Below, piece by piece: positions 54,012-64,000 of a stretch of 64,000 nt of DNA. The translations under genes were made by a program, and so were the position numbers. The DNA is from an uncultured SAR86 cluster bacterium (GTDB lineage Bacteria > Pseudomonadota > Gammaproteobacteria > Magnimaribacterales > D2472): contig CACBPP010000003.1 of assembly GCA_902541175.1 (NCBI GenBank), positions 86,873 to 150,872 on the forward strand, in the 5' to 3' direction. A model generated the notes under the pieces. That model was not told where the DNA came from. It was given only the letters and a program-made list of their open reading frames with translations, and did not search any database. The number at the start of each line of letters is the position of its first letter. Positions within the stretch are counted from its first letter, which is position 1.

Positions 54012-54974
54012 ATGTATTTAATAAGAGGCCAACACAACCTAAAGTTATTTAAATCAAGGCATCCCAATGTTCTTTTATCAGGAACAATAGGGAATTTTGA
54101 TGGATTGCACTTAGGACATCAGGCAATTTTAGAAAAAATAAAAAATAACGCACAAAAATATAATGCAAAAACAATAGTTTTTTTTACAGAGCCTCATGCT
54201 GCAGAGTATTTCTCTAAAGTAAGAGATCAGAATCAAATTCCACCTCCAAGAATATGCCCATGGAGAGAAAAATTTCAACTTCTAAAGAAAAGTAAAATAG
54301 ATTTTGCTTGTTTTTTAAAATTTAATAGCAAGCTTAGAACAATGTCACCTGATGACTTCATTTCTCAAATTTTAGATTCAATAAATTTAGTAAGTTTTAC
54401 TGTAGGGGATGATTTCCGATTTGGAGCAGGCAGAAAAGGGGATACTGATTTATTAAAAAATTGGGGAGAGAAAAAAGGAATTTTGGTAGAAAACACCGAA
54501 ACAATAACCTTGGATGGTCAAAGAGTAAGCAGCACAAGAATAAGAGAGGAACTCTTAAATAATAATTTTAATAATGCTGAAAAATTACTTGGAAGAGCAT
54601 ATACATTTTCAGGAAAAATCGTTCATGGACAACATTTAGGAAGAACGATTAATATTCCAACGGCAAATATATGGCTACCTAATCAAAGATTGCCAATTAA
54701 GGGAGTTTATGCAGTTAAATGCAAATTAAATGATCTAAGTTTAAATGGGATAGCTAATATGGGTGTTAGACCAACTGTTGGTGGTGAAAAACCAGTATTA
54801 GAAGTTCACTTATTTGAATTTAATGAGAACATTTATTCCCAAAGACTACGTGTTAAATTTGTAGAAAAAATAAGAGACGAAAAGAAATTTGATAATTTAG
54901 ACATGTTAAAATCACAAATCCAAGAGGATATATCGATAGCAAAAAATATTTTACGAAATTCCAATGACAGTTAA
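54012..54974 (+). CDS. ribF: Riboflavin kinase / FAD synthetase
   Basis: IGNFDGLHLGHQ, VGDDFRFG, VSSTRIR, PTAN, GVRPT, LEVH. Confidence 0.97.
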   Translation: MYLIRGQHNLKLFKSRHPNVLLSGTIGNFDGLHLGHQAILEKIKNNAQKYNAKTIVFFTEPHAAEYFSKVRDQNQIPPPRICPWREKFQLLKKSKIDFACFLKFNSKLRTMSPDDFISQILDSINLVSFTVGDDFRFGAGRKGDTDLLKNWGEKKGILVENTETITLDGQRVSSTRIREELLNNNFNNAEKLLGRAYTFSGKIVHGQHLGRTINIPTANIWLPNQRLPIKGVYAVKCKLNDLSLNGIANMGVRPTVGGEKPVLEVHLFEFNENIYSQRLRVKFVEKIRDEKKFDNLDMLKSQIQEDISIAKNILRNSNDS

Positions 54975-57735
54975 CTATAGAGATACATTAAATCTTCCAG
55001 ATACTGATTTTTCAATGAAAGCTGGATTGCCCAGAAAAGAGCCAGAGATATTGGATTTATGGTCCAAACAGGACTTATATGCAAAGATCAGAAAGAAGTA
55101 TGAGAATAAAGAACTATTTCTCTTACACGATGGGCCTCCATATGCAAACGGGGATATACATCTAGGGCACTCAGTTAATAAAATCCTTAAGGATATAACT
55201 ATCAAATATAAAACTCTTAGTGGTTTTGACGCTCCTTATGTACCAGGCTGGGATTGTCATGGTTTGCCAATCGAACTTAATGTTGAAAAGAAACATGGAA
55301 AAAATAGTGAATTAGTAAAAAATAAAGAAAGTTTTCAAAAGGCTTGCAAAGAATATGCTGAAACTCAAATTAATAAGCAATTAGATGATTTTAAAAGATT
55401 GGGTGTATTTGGTGATTGGGAAAATTCATATAAATCACTAGATCCAAAATTTGAGGCAGATATAGTCAGATCTTTAGGCATCATATATAAAGAAGGTCAT
55501 TTAGAAAAAGGTGAAAAACCTGTTCATTGGTGTCAAGATTGTGGATCATCCTTAGCAGAGGCTGAAGTGGAATACATTGATAAAACTTCGAAATCAATTG
55601 ATGTTGCATTCAAGGTAGATGATACATCTATAGATAAGGTTAAGGACTTATTTAATATCAAAGAAGCAGATGAAATTTCATTTGTGATATGGACTACAAC
55701 ACCGTGGACAATACCTTCAAATGTGGCAGTTTGTATTAATCCTGAATTTAAATACTCACTCATAAAAATGAATAACAAATTTTATGTGATCGCATTTGAA
55801 ATGATTGATCATTGTAAAGAAAGATGGAAACAAAAATTTGATGTTATATCGACAATTCAGGGTAAAAAATTAAGTGATATTTATCTCATTCATCCATTTT
55901 TAGAAAGAAAGTCAGTCCTTCTTCATGGAGATCATGTTACAACTGAAACAGGAACAGGATGCGTTCATACTGCTCCAGCTCACGGTATGGATGATCATTT
56001 AATATGTAAAAAAAATAATATTGATACGATAAATTCTTTAAATAATAAAGCTTTCTTTAAAGATGAGTTAGATTTCATTGCGGGGCTTCCTGCCATAAAA
56101 GCAGATCCACTCATTGTTGAAAAATTACAAGAGCATAATGCACTCATCAATATTGAAGATTATCATCATTCATATCCTCATTGTTGGAGACATAAAACGC
56201 CCCTAATTTTCACATCAACTCCTCAATGGTTTATTTCAATGAAAAAAAATAACCTTATTAAAGATGCCATGAAAGATATTAAGAATGTAAACTGGGAACC
56301 TTCTTGGGGCTTTCAAAGAATTGAATCCATGCTTTCTGATAGACCTGATTGGTGTATTTCAAGACAAAGAAATTGGGGAGTTCCAATAACTTTAGTTGTT
56401 CATAAGGATACTGGTGAAATCCATCCCGATCAAAAAGACTTATTTGAAAAATTTGCACAAGTTATTGAAAAAGATGGAATTTCAGCTTGGGATAAGTTGA
56501 ATTTAGAGGATTTTATCGATGACCATGAAGAATACATTAAAACATCTGATTCTCTGGATGTATGGTTTGACTCTGGTGTAACTCATTTTGCAGTTTCCTC
56601 AAAAAGATTTGGTAATAAAGTTATCTCAGATCTTTATTTAGAGGGTTCAGATCAACACAGAGGATGGTTTCAATCTTCATTATTAACAAGTATAGCTATG
56701 AATAATTCTGCACCTTATAAAACAGTCCTTACTCATGGCTTTGTTGTAGATGAACAAGGAAGAAAACAATCAAAATCACTTGGAAATGTTGTTTCTCCTC
56801 AAAAAGTATGGGACAGCTTAGGTGCAGATATTTTAAGACTATGGGTAGCTTCAACTGATTTCAGAAGTGAAATGGTTGCATCTGATGAAATATTGAAACG
56901 AACTTCAGATCAATACAGACGAATTAGGAATACATTTAGATTTATCTTGGGTAACTTAAGTGATTTTAATGATAAAAATAAAGTTGAGTTCAATGATCAA
57001 GTTGAATTAGATAAATGGATCATCAATGAAACAAAAATCCTTCAAAAAGAAATTACAGCATTATATGAATCATATTCTTATCATAAGGCAACTCAAAAAA
57101 TACATAATTTTTGTGTTAACGAATTGGGAGGAATATATCTCGATATTGTTAAAGATAGGCTTTATACATGCAAAAATGGTTCTTTAGCAAGAAGATCATG
57201 TCAAACAAGCCTTGATTTCATTCTAAATGTATTAGTAAGGCTCATTGCTCCGATACTTTCTTATACAGCAGAAGAAATTTGGCAAACTAGCGACAGATTA
57301 AATGATCAGGAGAAATCTGTTTTTCTATCAAATTTTGACACTTTTGAAATTGAATCGGAATCCAGTATCAACCAATCTGAATGGAAAAGAATTTTTGAAA
57401 TCAAGGATGCTGTCAATCAGTCTATTGAAGAAATGAGAAATAATAATAAGTTAAAAGGATCTCTTGATTCAGTAGTAAACATACAAGCTACATCAAATGA
57501 CTTTCAAATTCTAAAAAAGCTTGGAGACGAACTTCATTTTTTATTTATTTCTTCAGAGGCAAAAGTTAAAGAGGGAAAAACTTTTAAAATTAAAGTCACT
57601 ACTTCAAAAAATGCGAAATGTGTCAGATGTTGGCATAGGGATTTATCAGTAGGATCTATACAGGAACATCCAGAATTATGTAACAGATGCATTGATAATA
57701 TAGAAAATGATGGCGAGCAAAGAAAATCTGTATAA
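54964..57735 (+). CDS. ileS: Isoleucine--tRNA ligase
   Basis: HDGPPYANGDIHLGH, GWDCHGLP, WTTTPWT, KQSKSLGN, C-terminal Zn finger. Confidence 0.98.
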   Translation: MTVNYRDTLNLPDTDFSMKAGLPRKEPEILDLWSKQDLYAKIRKKYENKELFLLHDGPPYANGDIHLGHSVNKILKDITIKYKTLSGFDAPYVPGWDCHGLPIELNVEKKHGKNSELVKNKESFQKACKEYAETQINKQLDDFKRLGVFGDWENSYKSLDPKFEADIVRSLGIIYKEGHLEKGEKPVHWCQDCGSSLAEAEVEYIDKTSKSIDVAFKVDDTSIDKVKDLFNIKEADEISFVIWTTTPWTIPSNVAVCINPEFKYSLIKMNNKFYVIAFEMIDHCKERWKQKFDVISTIQGKKLSDIYLIHPFLERKSVLLHGDHVTTETGTGCVHTAPAHGMDDHLICKKNNIDTINSLNNKAFFKDELDFIAGLPAIKADPLIVEKLQEHNALINIEDYHHSYPHCWRHKTPLIFTSTPQWFISMKKNNLIKDAMKDIKNVNWEPSWGFQRIESMLSDRPDWCISRQRNWGVPITLVVHKDTGEIHPDQKDLFEKFAQVIEKDGISAWDKLNLEDFIDDHEEYIKTSDSLDVWFDSGVTHFAVSSKRFGNKVISDLYLEGSDQHRGWFQSSLLTSIAMNNSAPYKTVLTHGFVVDEQGRKQSKSLGNVVSPQKVWDSLGADILRLWVASTDFRSEMVASDEILKRTSDQYRRIRNTFRFILGNLSDFNDKNKVEFNDQVELDKWIINETKILQKEITALYESYSYHKATQKIHNFCVNELGGIYLDIVKDRLYTCKNGSLARRSCQTSLDFILNVLVRLIAPILSYTAEEIWQTSDRLNDQEKSVFLSNFDTFEIESESSINQSEWKRIFEIKDAVNQSIEEMRNNNKLKGSLDSVVNIQATSNDFQILKKLGDELHFLFISSEAKVKEGKTFKIKVTTSKNAKCVRCWHRDLSVGSIQEHPELCNRCIDNIENDGEQRKSV

Positions 57736-58192
57736 CTTTAGATTTATATTAATTATCTCTCTATTAGTATGTTTTGATATATTCTCTAAAGTTGTTGCAA
57801 ATAATAACTTGTTATTTGGTCAGTCAGTAGATACTGTTTTACCCTTCATAGAATTATTATTAATCTTCAACTCAGGAATTGCCTTTGGAATTTTTGATAA
57901 TAAGGGTGAGTTGGCTTCAAATTTATTATTGATATTAACAATATTGATTACACTTTATCTTTTGTGGATGATTATTAATGAAACTAAAGATAGAAATAAA
58001 ATTGCTTTGTCATTTATAACTAGCGGCGCTATTGGAAATGTCCTTGATAGAATTAATGATGGGAGCGTAACAGACTTCCTTCATCTAAAAATATATAATT
58101 ATTCGCTTTTTGTATTTAATTTTGCTGATGCATTTATAACGATAGGCGCAATATTAATTATATACTTTGAATTTAAAGATTATTTGAAATGA
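57707..58192 (+). CDS. lspA: Lipoprotein signal peptidase
   Basis: NSGIAFG, GAIGNVLDR, VTDF, FNFADAFI; exact start uncertain. Confidence 0.94.
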   Translation: MMASKENLYNFRFILIISLLVCFDIFSKVVANNNLLFGQSVDTVLPFIELLLIFNSGIAFGIFDNKGELASNLLLILTILITLYLLWMIINETKDRNKIALSFITSGAIGNVLDRINDGSVTDFLHLKIYNYSLFVFNFADAFITIGAILIIYFEFKDYLK

Positions 58193-59127
58193 CTAAAGAA
58201 ATAAAATTAGCCAACCCAAGAGGCTTTTGTGCTGGTGTTGATAGAGCTATAGACATTGTTAATAAAGCTCTCGATATATATGGGGCCCCTGTGTATGTGA
58301 AACATGAAGTTGTTCATAATAAAGTTGTTGTGGATGATTTAAGAAATAGGGGTGCAGTATTTGTTGAGGAAATTGATGAGATTCCTGATGATTCATTAGT
58401 AATCTTTAGTGCTCATGGAGTATCTAGCGAAGTAGAGGAGACTACCAAGGCAAGAAATCTAAATTTTTTTGATGCCACATGCCCTTTAGTTACCAAAGTT
58501 CATATGGAAGTAAGAAAACATGCTAAAGCAAATAGAGATATTATTTTAATTGGCCATGAAGGCCATCCAGAAGTTGAGGGTACGATGGGCCGTCATATAA
58601 ATTCGGAAAATAGTTCAATATATTTAGTTCAAGATGAGAATGATGCAATAAATATTAATGTAAACAATAGCGAAAGTCTTGCTCTTGTCACTCAGACAAC
58701 ACTAAGTGTTGATGAGACAATTTCGATAATAGATATACTAAGAAAAAGATTTCCAAATATTGAAGTTCCAAAAAAAGATGATATTTGTTATGCAACACAA
58801 AACAGGCAAGATGCTGTAAAACAGCTAGCTCTTGAATCAGATTATATTATTGTAGTCGGATCAAAAAATAGCTCAAACTCGAATAGACTTAAAGAGCTTG
58901 CTGAAAAATGTGGTTGTAAATCAACTTTAATAGATGAATTTTCAGACTTAAATCTTGAGGATATTAAAAAATGTAAAAATATTGCTATTACAGCTGGAGC
59001 ATCTGCTCCAGAATCAAGAGTTATGGAAATCGCAAAATCTCTTGAAGATTATTTTGGAGCAAAGCTTATTGAGGATGGCGAAGATACTGAAAATGTTTAT
59101 TTTAAAATGCCTCCTGGATTGAGATAA
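58189..59127 (+). CDS. ispH: HMBPP reductase
   Basis: PRGFCAGVDRA, DATCPLV, ICYATQNRQ, TAGASAP. Confidence 0.97.
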   Translation: MTKEIKLANPRGFCAGVDRAIDIVNKALDIYGAPVYVKHEVVHNKVVVDDLRNRGAVFVEEIDEIPDDSLVIFSAHGVSSEVEETTKARNLNFFDATCPLVTKVHMEVRKHAKANRDIILIGHEGHPEVEGTMGRHINSENSSIYLVQDENDAININVNNSESLALVTQTTLSVDETISIIDILRKRFPNIEVPKKDDICYATQNRQDAVKQLALESDYIIVVGSKNSSNSNRLKELAEKCGCKSTLIDEFSDLNLEDIKKCKNIAITAGASAPESRVMEIAKSLEDYFGAKLIEDGEDTENVYFKMPPGLR

Positions 59128-59667
59128 ATGGAAATTGAAAATCATATTTTTAAAAATATTAAATTCGTCGATTCTCCAAATTTTAATGAAAGACCTGAAA
59201 ACACAAAAATAAGCTTAATAGTAATTCACTCAATTAGCCTTCCGCCAAATGTTTACGGAAATAACTATGTAGAAGATTTTTTTATGAATAAACTCGTCAT
59301 ATCTGATCATGATTATTTTCAAGAGATTCAAGATATAAGAGTATCATCTCACCTTTATATAAAGAGAACTGGTGAAATTATTCAATTTGTACCTTTAGAC
59401 ATGCGAGCATGGCATGCTGGCGAATCATCTTTTAAGGGCATTAAAGATTGTAATAACTATTCAATTGGAATTGAGCTGGAAGGAACAGACTGTGATGTTT
59501 ATTCAAACGAACAATACAAATCATTGATTAAAATTTCAAAATTGATTATTAAAAATTATCCAGAAATAAATAAGGAAAATATCGTTGGCCATTCTGATAT
59601 ATCACCTGGAAGGAAAACAGATCCTGGTGATAAATTTGAATGGCGAAGATATTTAGATGCACTATGA
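59128..59667 (+). CDS. ampD: 1,6-anhydro-N-acetylmuramyl-L-alanine amidase
   Basis: SPNFNERP, IHSISLPP, RAWHAG, SIGIELEG, GHSDISPGRKTDPG. Confidence 0.95.
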   Translation: MEIENHIFKNIKFVDSPNFNERPENTKISLIVIHSISLPPNVYGNNYVEDFFMNKLVISDHDYFQEIQDIRVSSHLYIKRTGEIIQFVPLDMRAWHAGESSFKGIKDCNNYSIGIELEGTDCDVYSNEQYKSLIKISKLIIKNYPEINKENIVGHSDISPGRKTDPGDKFEWRRYLDAL

Positions 59668-60920
59668 TTAAGAATGACTATTTAAAAATAATGTCATTCT
59701 CGGGCTTTGGATTTGCCTCTGGTTTGCCTTATGTGTTAATTCTAATAACACTCACTGCATGGTTAAGGGATGTAGGCATAGATTTGAGTATTATTGGTTT
59801 TATAAGTTGGATTAGCTTAGCGTATTCAATTAAATTTCTTTGGGCACCATTTATAGATAGATTTTCGATACCTTTTTTTAATATTTTTGGTTCACGAAGA
59901 AGTTGGATTGTTTTGATGCAAATCATAATAATTATTTCTTTATTTATACTCTCAACTATAAATCCAATAACAAATCTTTCTTTTTTTGCATTTATTGCTC
60001 TAATTATTGCTTTGGCAGGTTCGATACAAGATATTGCAATAGATGCCTATAGAATTGAAAGTGCTAAGCTAGAAGATCAAGGAAATTTAGCAGCTGGTTA
60101 TCAGTTTGGATACAGAATTGCAATCTTGGTAGGGTCTTCTTTAGCACTAATAATCGCAGCTAATTTCTCTTGGTCATTTGCTTATCAATTAATGGCTTTA
60201 ATATTTATTGTGAACATAGTCTTATCAATGCTCATTTCAAGTGAATCACAAAATCATGATCTTCAGAAGTTAAATCATATAAATTCAATAATTGAACCAA
60301 TAAAGGATTTCTTTTCTAGATTTGGAATAAAGATGGCTTCAATTCTTCTCTTAATTGTAGCCACATACAGATTAACTGATATTGTAATGGGCCCAATGGC
60401 AAATCCTTTTTATATTGATATGGGCTATACGCTTGAGGAAATAGGTTACATTGTGAAAGTAGTCGCATTAATTGCAACAATTTTTGGAGTCTTTCTGGGT
60501 GGCATATTAATAAAAAGAATTGGTTTATATAAGTCATTAATTATTGGCGGTATTTTAGTCATGTTTACAAACTTATTTTTTTCTTATGCAGCTTTAAGTG
60601 AAAAAAATCTGACCTTGTTGGCTTCAATTGTAGCTTCCGATAGCATTGCAGCAGGAATTGTAGGTACTGTAAATATTACTTTCTTAACTAGTTTAGTTTC
60701 TCAAAAGTACACAGGATTTCAGTACGCATTATTGACCTCATTAATGGCATTCTTAGGAAAAATATTTGCAGGATTTTCTGGATTAATAGTTGAAAACTTT
60801 CAAAGTTTGTATGGATTTTCCTATGGCTGGATGTCTTTTTATATATTTACATCGATCTTAGCTTTGCCAGCAATACTAATGATCCATCAAAATAGAAGTT
60901 TTTTTAATTTAATAAAATAA
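59664..60920 (+). CDS. ampG: Muropeptide permease; likely start ATG 59664
   Basis: GFASGLP, KFLWAPFID, QDIAIDAYRIE, QYALLTS. Confidence 0.93.
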   Translation: MIKNDYLKIMSFSGFGFASGLPYVLILITLTAWLRDVGIDLSIIGFISWISLAYSIKFLWAPFIDRFSIPFFNIFGSRRSWIVLMQIIIIISLFILSTINPITNLSFFAFIALIIALAGSIQDIAIDAYRIESAKLEDQGNLAAGYQFGYRIAILVGSSLALIIAANFSWSFAYQLMALIFIVNIVLSMLISSESQNHDLQKLNHINSIIEPIKDFFSRFGIKMASILLLIVATYRLTDIVMGPMANPFYIDMGYTLEEIGYIVKVVALIATIFGVFLGGILIKRIGLYKSLIIGGILVMFTNLFFSYAALSEKNLTLLASIVASDSIAAGIVGTVNITFLTSLVSQKYTGFQYALLTSLMAFLGKIFAGFSGLIVENFQSLYGFSYGWMSFYIFTSILALPAILMIHQNRSFFNLIK

Positions 60921-60927
60921 CTAGATA

Positions 60928-61260
60928 ATGAAATATAGCAGGCAAATATTTTATTTTTCACTTATTGTTGTATTTATATTAAGCACCGTAAACGCTAATG
61001 ACATTCCAAGATTTAATTCTTTATCTATGTTGTCTGATAAGTTAGTTCATTTATCAATTTATGCATACCTTTGCTTTGTTGGTTTTATATGTAAATTCAA
61101 AATTTCTAATTTGACCTTAGCTATTTATATTTTTTTATTTGGGGCGTTTATCGAACTAATACATTATTTTCATCCAAATAGGTATTTTGAGTATTTTGAC
61201 TTACTTGCAAACCTTTTTGGAGTTACAATTGCGCTTCTAATTAATAAGTTAAAAAGTTAA
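60928..61260 (+). CDS. VanZ-family membrane protein
   Basis: DKLVH...Y, IELIH..PNR....DLLAN. Confidence 0.8.
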   Translation: MKYSRQIFYFSLIVVFILSTVNANDIPRFNSLSMLSDKLVHLSIYAYLCFVGFICKFKISNLTLAIYIFLFGAFIELIHYFHPNRYFEYFDLLANLFGVTIALLINKLKS

Positions 61261-61336
61261 ATTGCCTATTGATTTATATTTTTTAGCCCTTAATTATTGG
61301 ATAAGATAAATTTAAGTAATTTATATGGAGAGATAA

Positions 61337-61624
61337 ATGAAATTAAGACCATTACACGACAATGTTCTTGTAAAAAGAACTGAAGAAGAGGAAACATCAT
61401 CAGGTGGAATAATCCTTTCAGGTTCTGCAAAAGAAAAGCCTTCTCAAGGAGAAGTTGTAGCAGTTGGGCCTGGAAAGGTTTCTGATTCAGGTGAGTCTGT
61501 ATCTATGAATGTATCAGTTGGTGATACGGTTATTTTTGGCCAATATGGCGGCAATGAAATTAAATTAGATGGCGAAGAATATCTTATTCTAAGTGAAAAA
61601 GATATTTTCGGCGTTGTTGAATAA
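61337..61624 (+). CDS. groS: Co-chaperonin GroES
   Basis: LRPLHDNVLVKR, GGIIL, GEVVAVGPG. Confidence 0.98.
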   Translation: MKLRPLHDNVLVKRTEEEETSSGGIILSGSAKEKPSQGEVVAVGPGKVSDSGESVSMNVSVGDTVIFGQYGGNEIKLDGEEYLILSEKDIFGVVE

Positions 61625-61645
61625 ATTATAAGAATAGGGAGATAA

Positions 61646-63292
<1,647 letters not shown>

Positions 63293-63306
63293 TACAACTC
63301 TTACTC

Positions 63307-63337
63307 AAAAAAAACGGGGATTTATCCCCGTTTTTTA
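63307..63337 (+). terminator. Rho-independent (bidirectional-type) terminator after groEL
   Basis: AAAAAACGGGGA-TTTA-TCCCCGTTTTTT. Confidence 0.9.
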
Positions 63338-63394
63338 TTAGATTTCAATTACTATTTCAATTAATATATAACTACACACTTTAGAGGAGTCATT

Positions 63395-64000
63395 ATGGAT
63401 TTACTAACTGATCAAGCTTTTTTTAGATCATTCCATATTCTTTTTGGAATAGCATGGATTGGACTTTTGTATTATTTTAATTTTGTTCAAACTGAATATG
63501 TGAAAGTTGCAGATCCTGATGCAAAAGCAGACGTAATGAAAAAATTAGCTCCAAATGCGCTATGGTGGTTTAGGTGGGCAGCATTTTTCACTTTTTTAAC
63601 AGGCTTGATCCTTATTCATCAAATAACAGCAAGAATTGGTACAGAAATAATACTAGGTGTGACAATGGGAACAATAATGATGCTCAATGTATGGGGAATT
63701 ATATGGAGAAATCAAAAAATTGTCCTTGGTATGAAAGATGGTGATGTAGCAACTGCTGCTGCAAAAGCAGGCTTAGCATCAAGAACAAACACATTATTTT
63801 CTGTTCCTATGCTGATGTATATGGTTTACTCGGCTCATGCACCTGGTTCTTATTTAGTTTTAGAAGATTGGAGTAGTTTAAGTCTTATTATCGGTCTTGC
63901 TATAATCTTTGTAATTGAAGCTAATGCTATATGGGGCAAGATGCTTCCAGTAATTGCCAGCGTAAGAGCAGTCATAACATCCTCTTTTGTTTTGGCAATA
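63395..64000 (+). CDS. Membrane protein with urate-oxidase N-terminal (PuuD-like) domain; runs off the window end and is absent from the ORF track
   Basis: GAGGAG RBS, ATG 63395; FHILFGIAWIGLLYYFNFVQ, ALWWFRWAA, GTIMMLNVWGIIWRNQK, ASRTNTLFSVPML. Confidence 0.8.
   Translation, partial: MDLLTDQAFFRSFHILFGIAWIGLLYYFNFVQTEYVKVADPDAKADVMKKLAPNALWWFRWAAFFTFLTGLILIHQITARIGTEIILGVTMGTIMMLNVWGIIWRNQKIVLGMKDGDVATAAAKAGLASRTNTLFSVPMLMYMVYSAHAPGSYLVLEDWSSLSLIIGLAIIFVIEANAIWGKMLPVIASVRAVITSSFVLAI

Noticed and set aside
5409-59663. ORF-track upstream starts giving long overlaps (5409, 15891, 30551, 35814, 38808, 41743, 59640)
   Set aside because: Downstream ATGs fit RBS position, translational coupling and family N-termini better.
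61261-61336. Heat-shock control elements before groES (CIRCE or sigma-32)
   Set aside because: No CIRCE inverted repeat. TTGAT-N13-CCCTTAAT is only a weak sigma-32-like match, too poor to call.

Overview
AT-rich, very tightly packed core-genome segment of a streamlined marine-type gammaproteobacterium. SAR86-like affiliation is inferred from composition, compactness and gene order, not proven. About 60 housekeeping CDSs lie in recognisable gammaproteobacterial blocks: dnaB-alr-pyrG-kdsA-eno-ftsB-ispDF-surE-pcm; fdxA/recA; proS/aspS-yebC-tol-pal; dapA-bamC-purC-isc-ndk-rlmN-rodZ-ispG-hisS-bamB-der; sdh-suc; murJ-ribF-ileS-lspA-ispH-ampD-ampG; groESL. There is one tRNA-Lys, and I saw no IS element, prophage or CRISPR array. 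The standout is between yebC and ybgC, where ruvC-ruvA-ruvB normally sit. All three are absent and are replaced by one 141-aa phage-type PD-(D/E)xK nuclease (Hjc / T5 D14-like), tightly coupled to both neighbours. It is a candidate domesticated phage Holliday-junction resolvase standing in for RuvABC. Other oddities: ProRS lacking its editing domain, an in-situ IspD-IspF fusion, an isc operon without hscBA, an acyltransferase that appears to start at ATT, and an orphan winged-helix gene behind a 23-bp palindrome and a sigma-54-type promoter. Gene calls come from motif and synteny recognition by eye, with no database searches. Absences refer only to this window.
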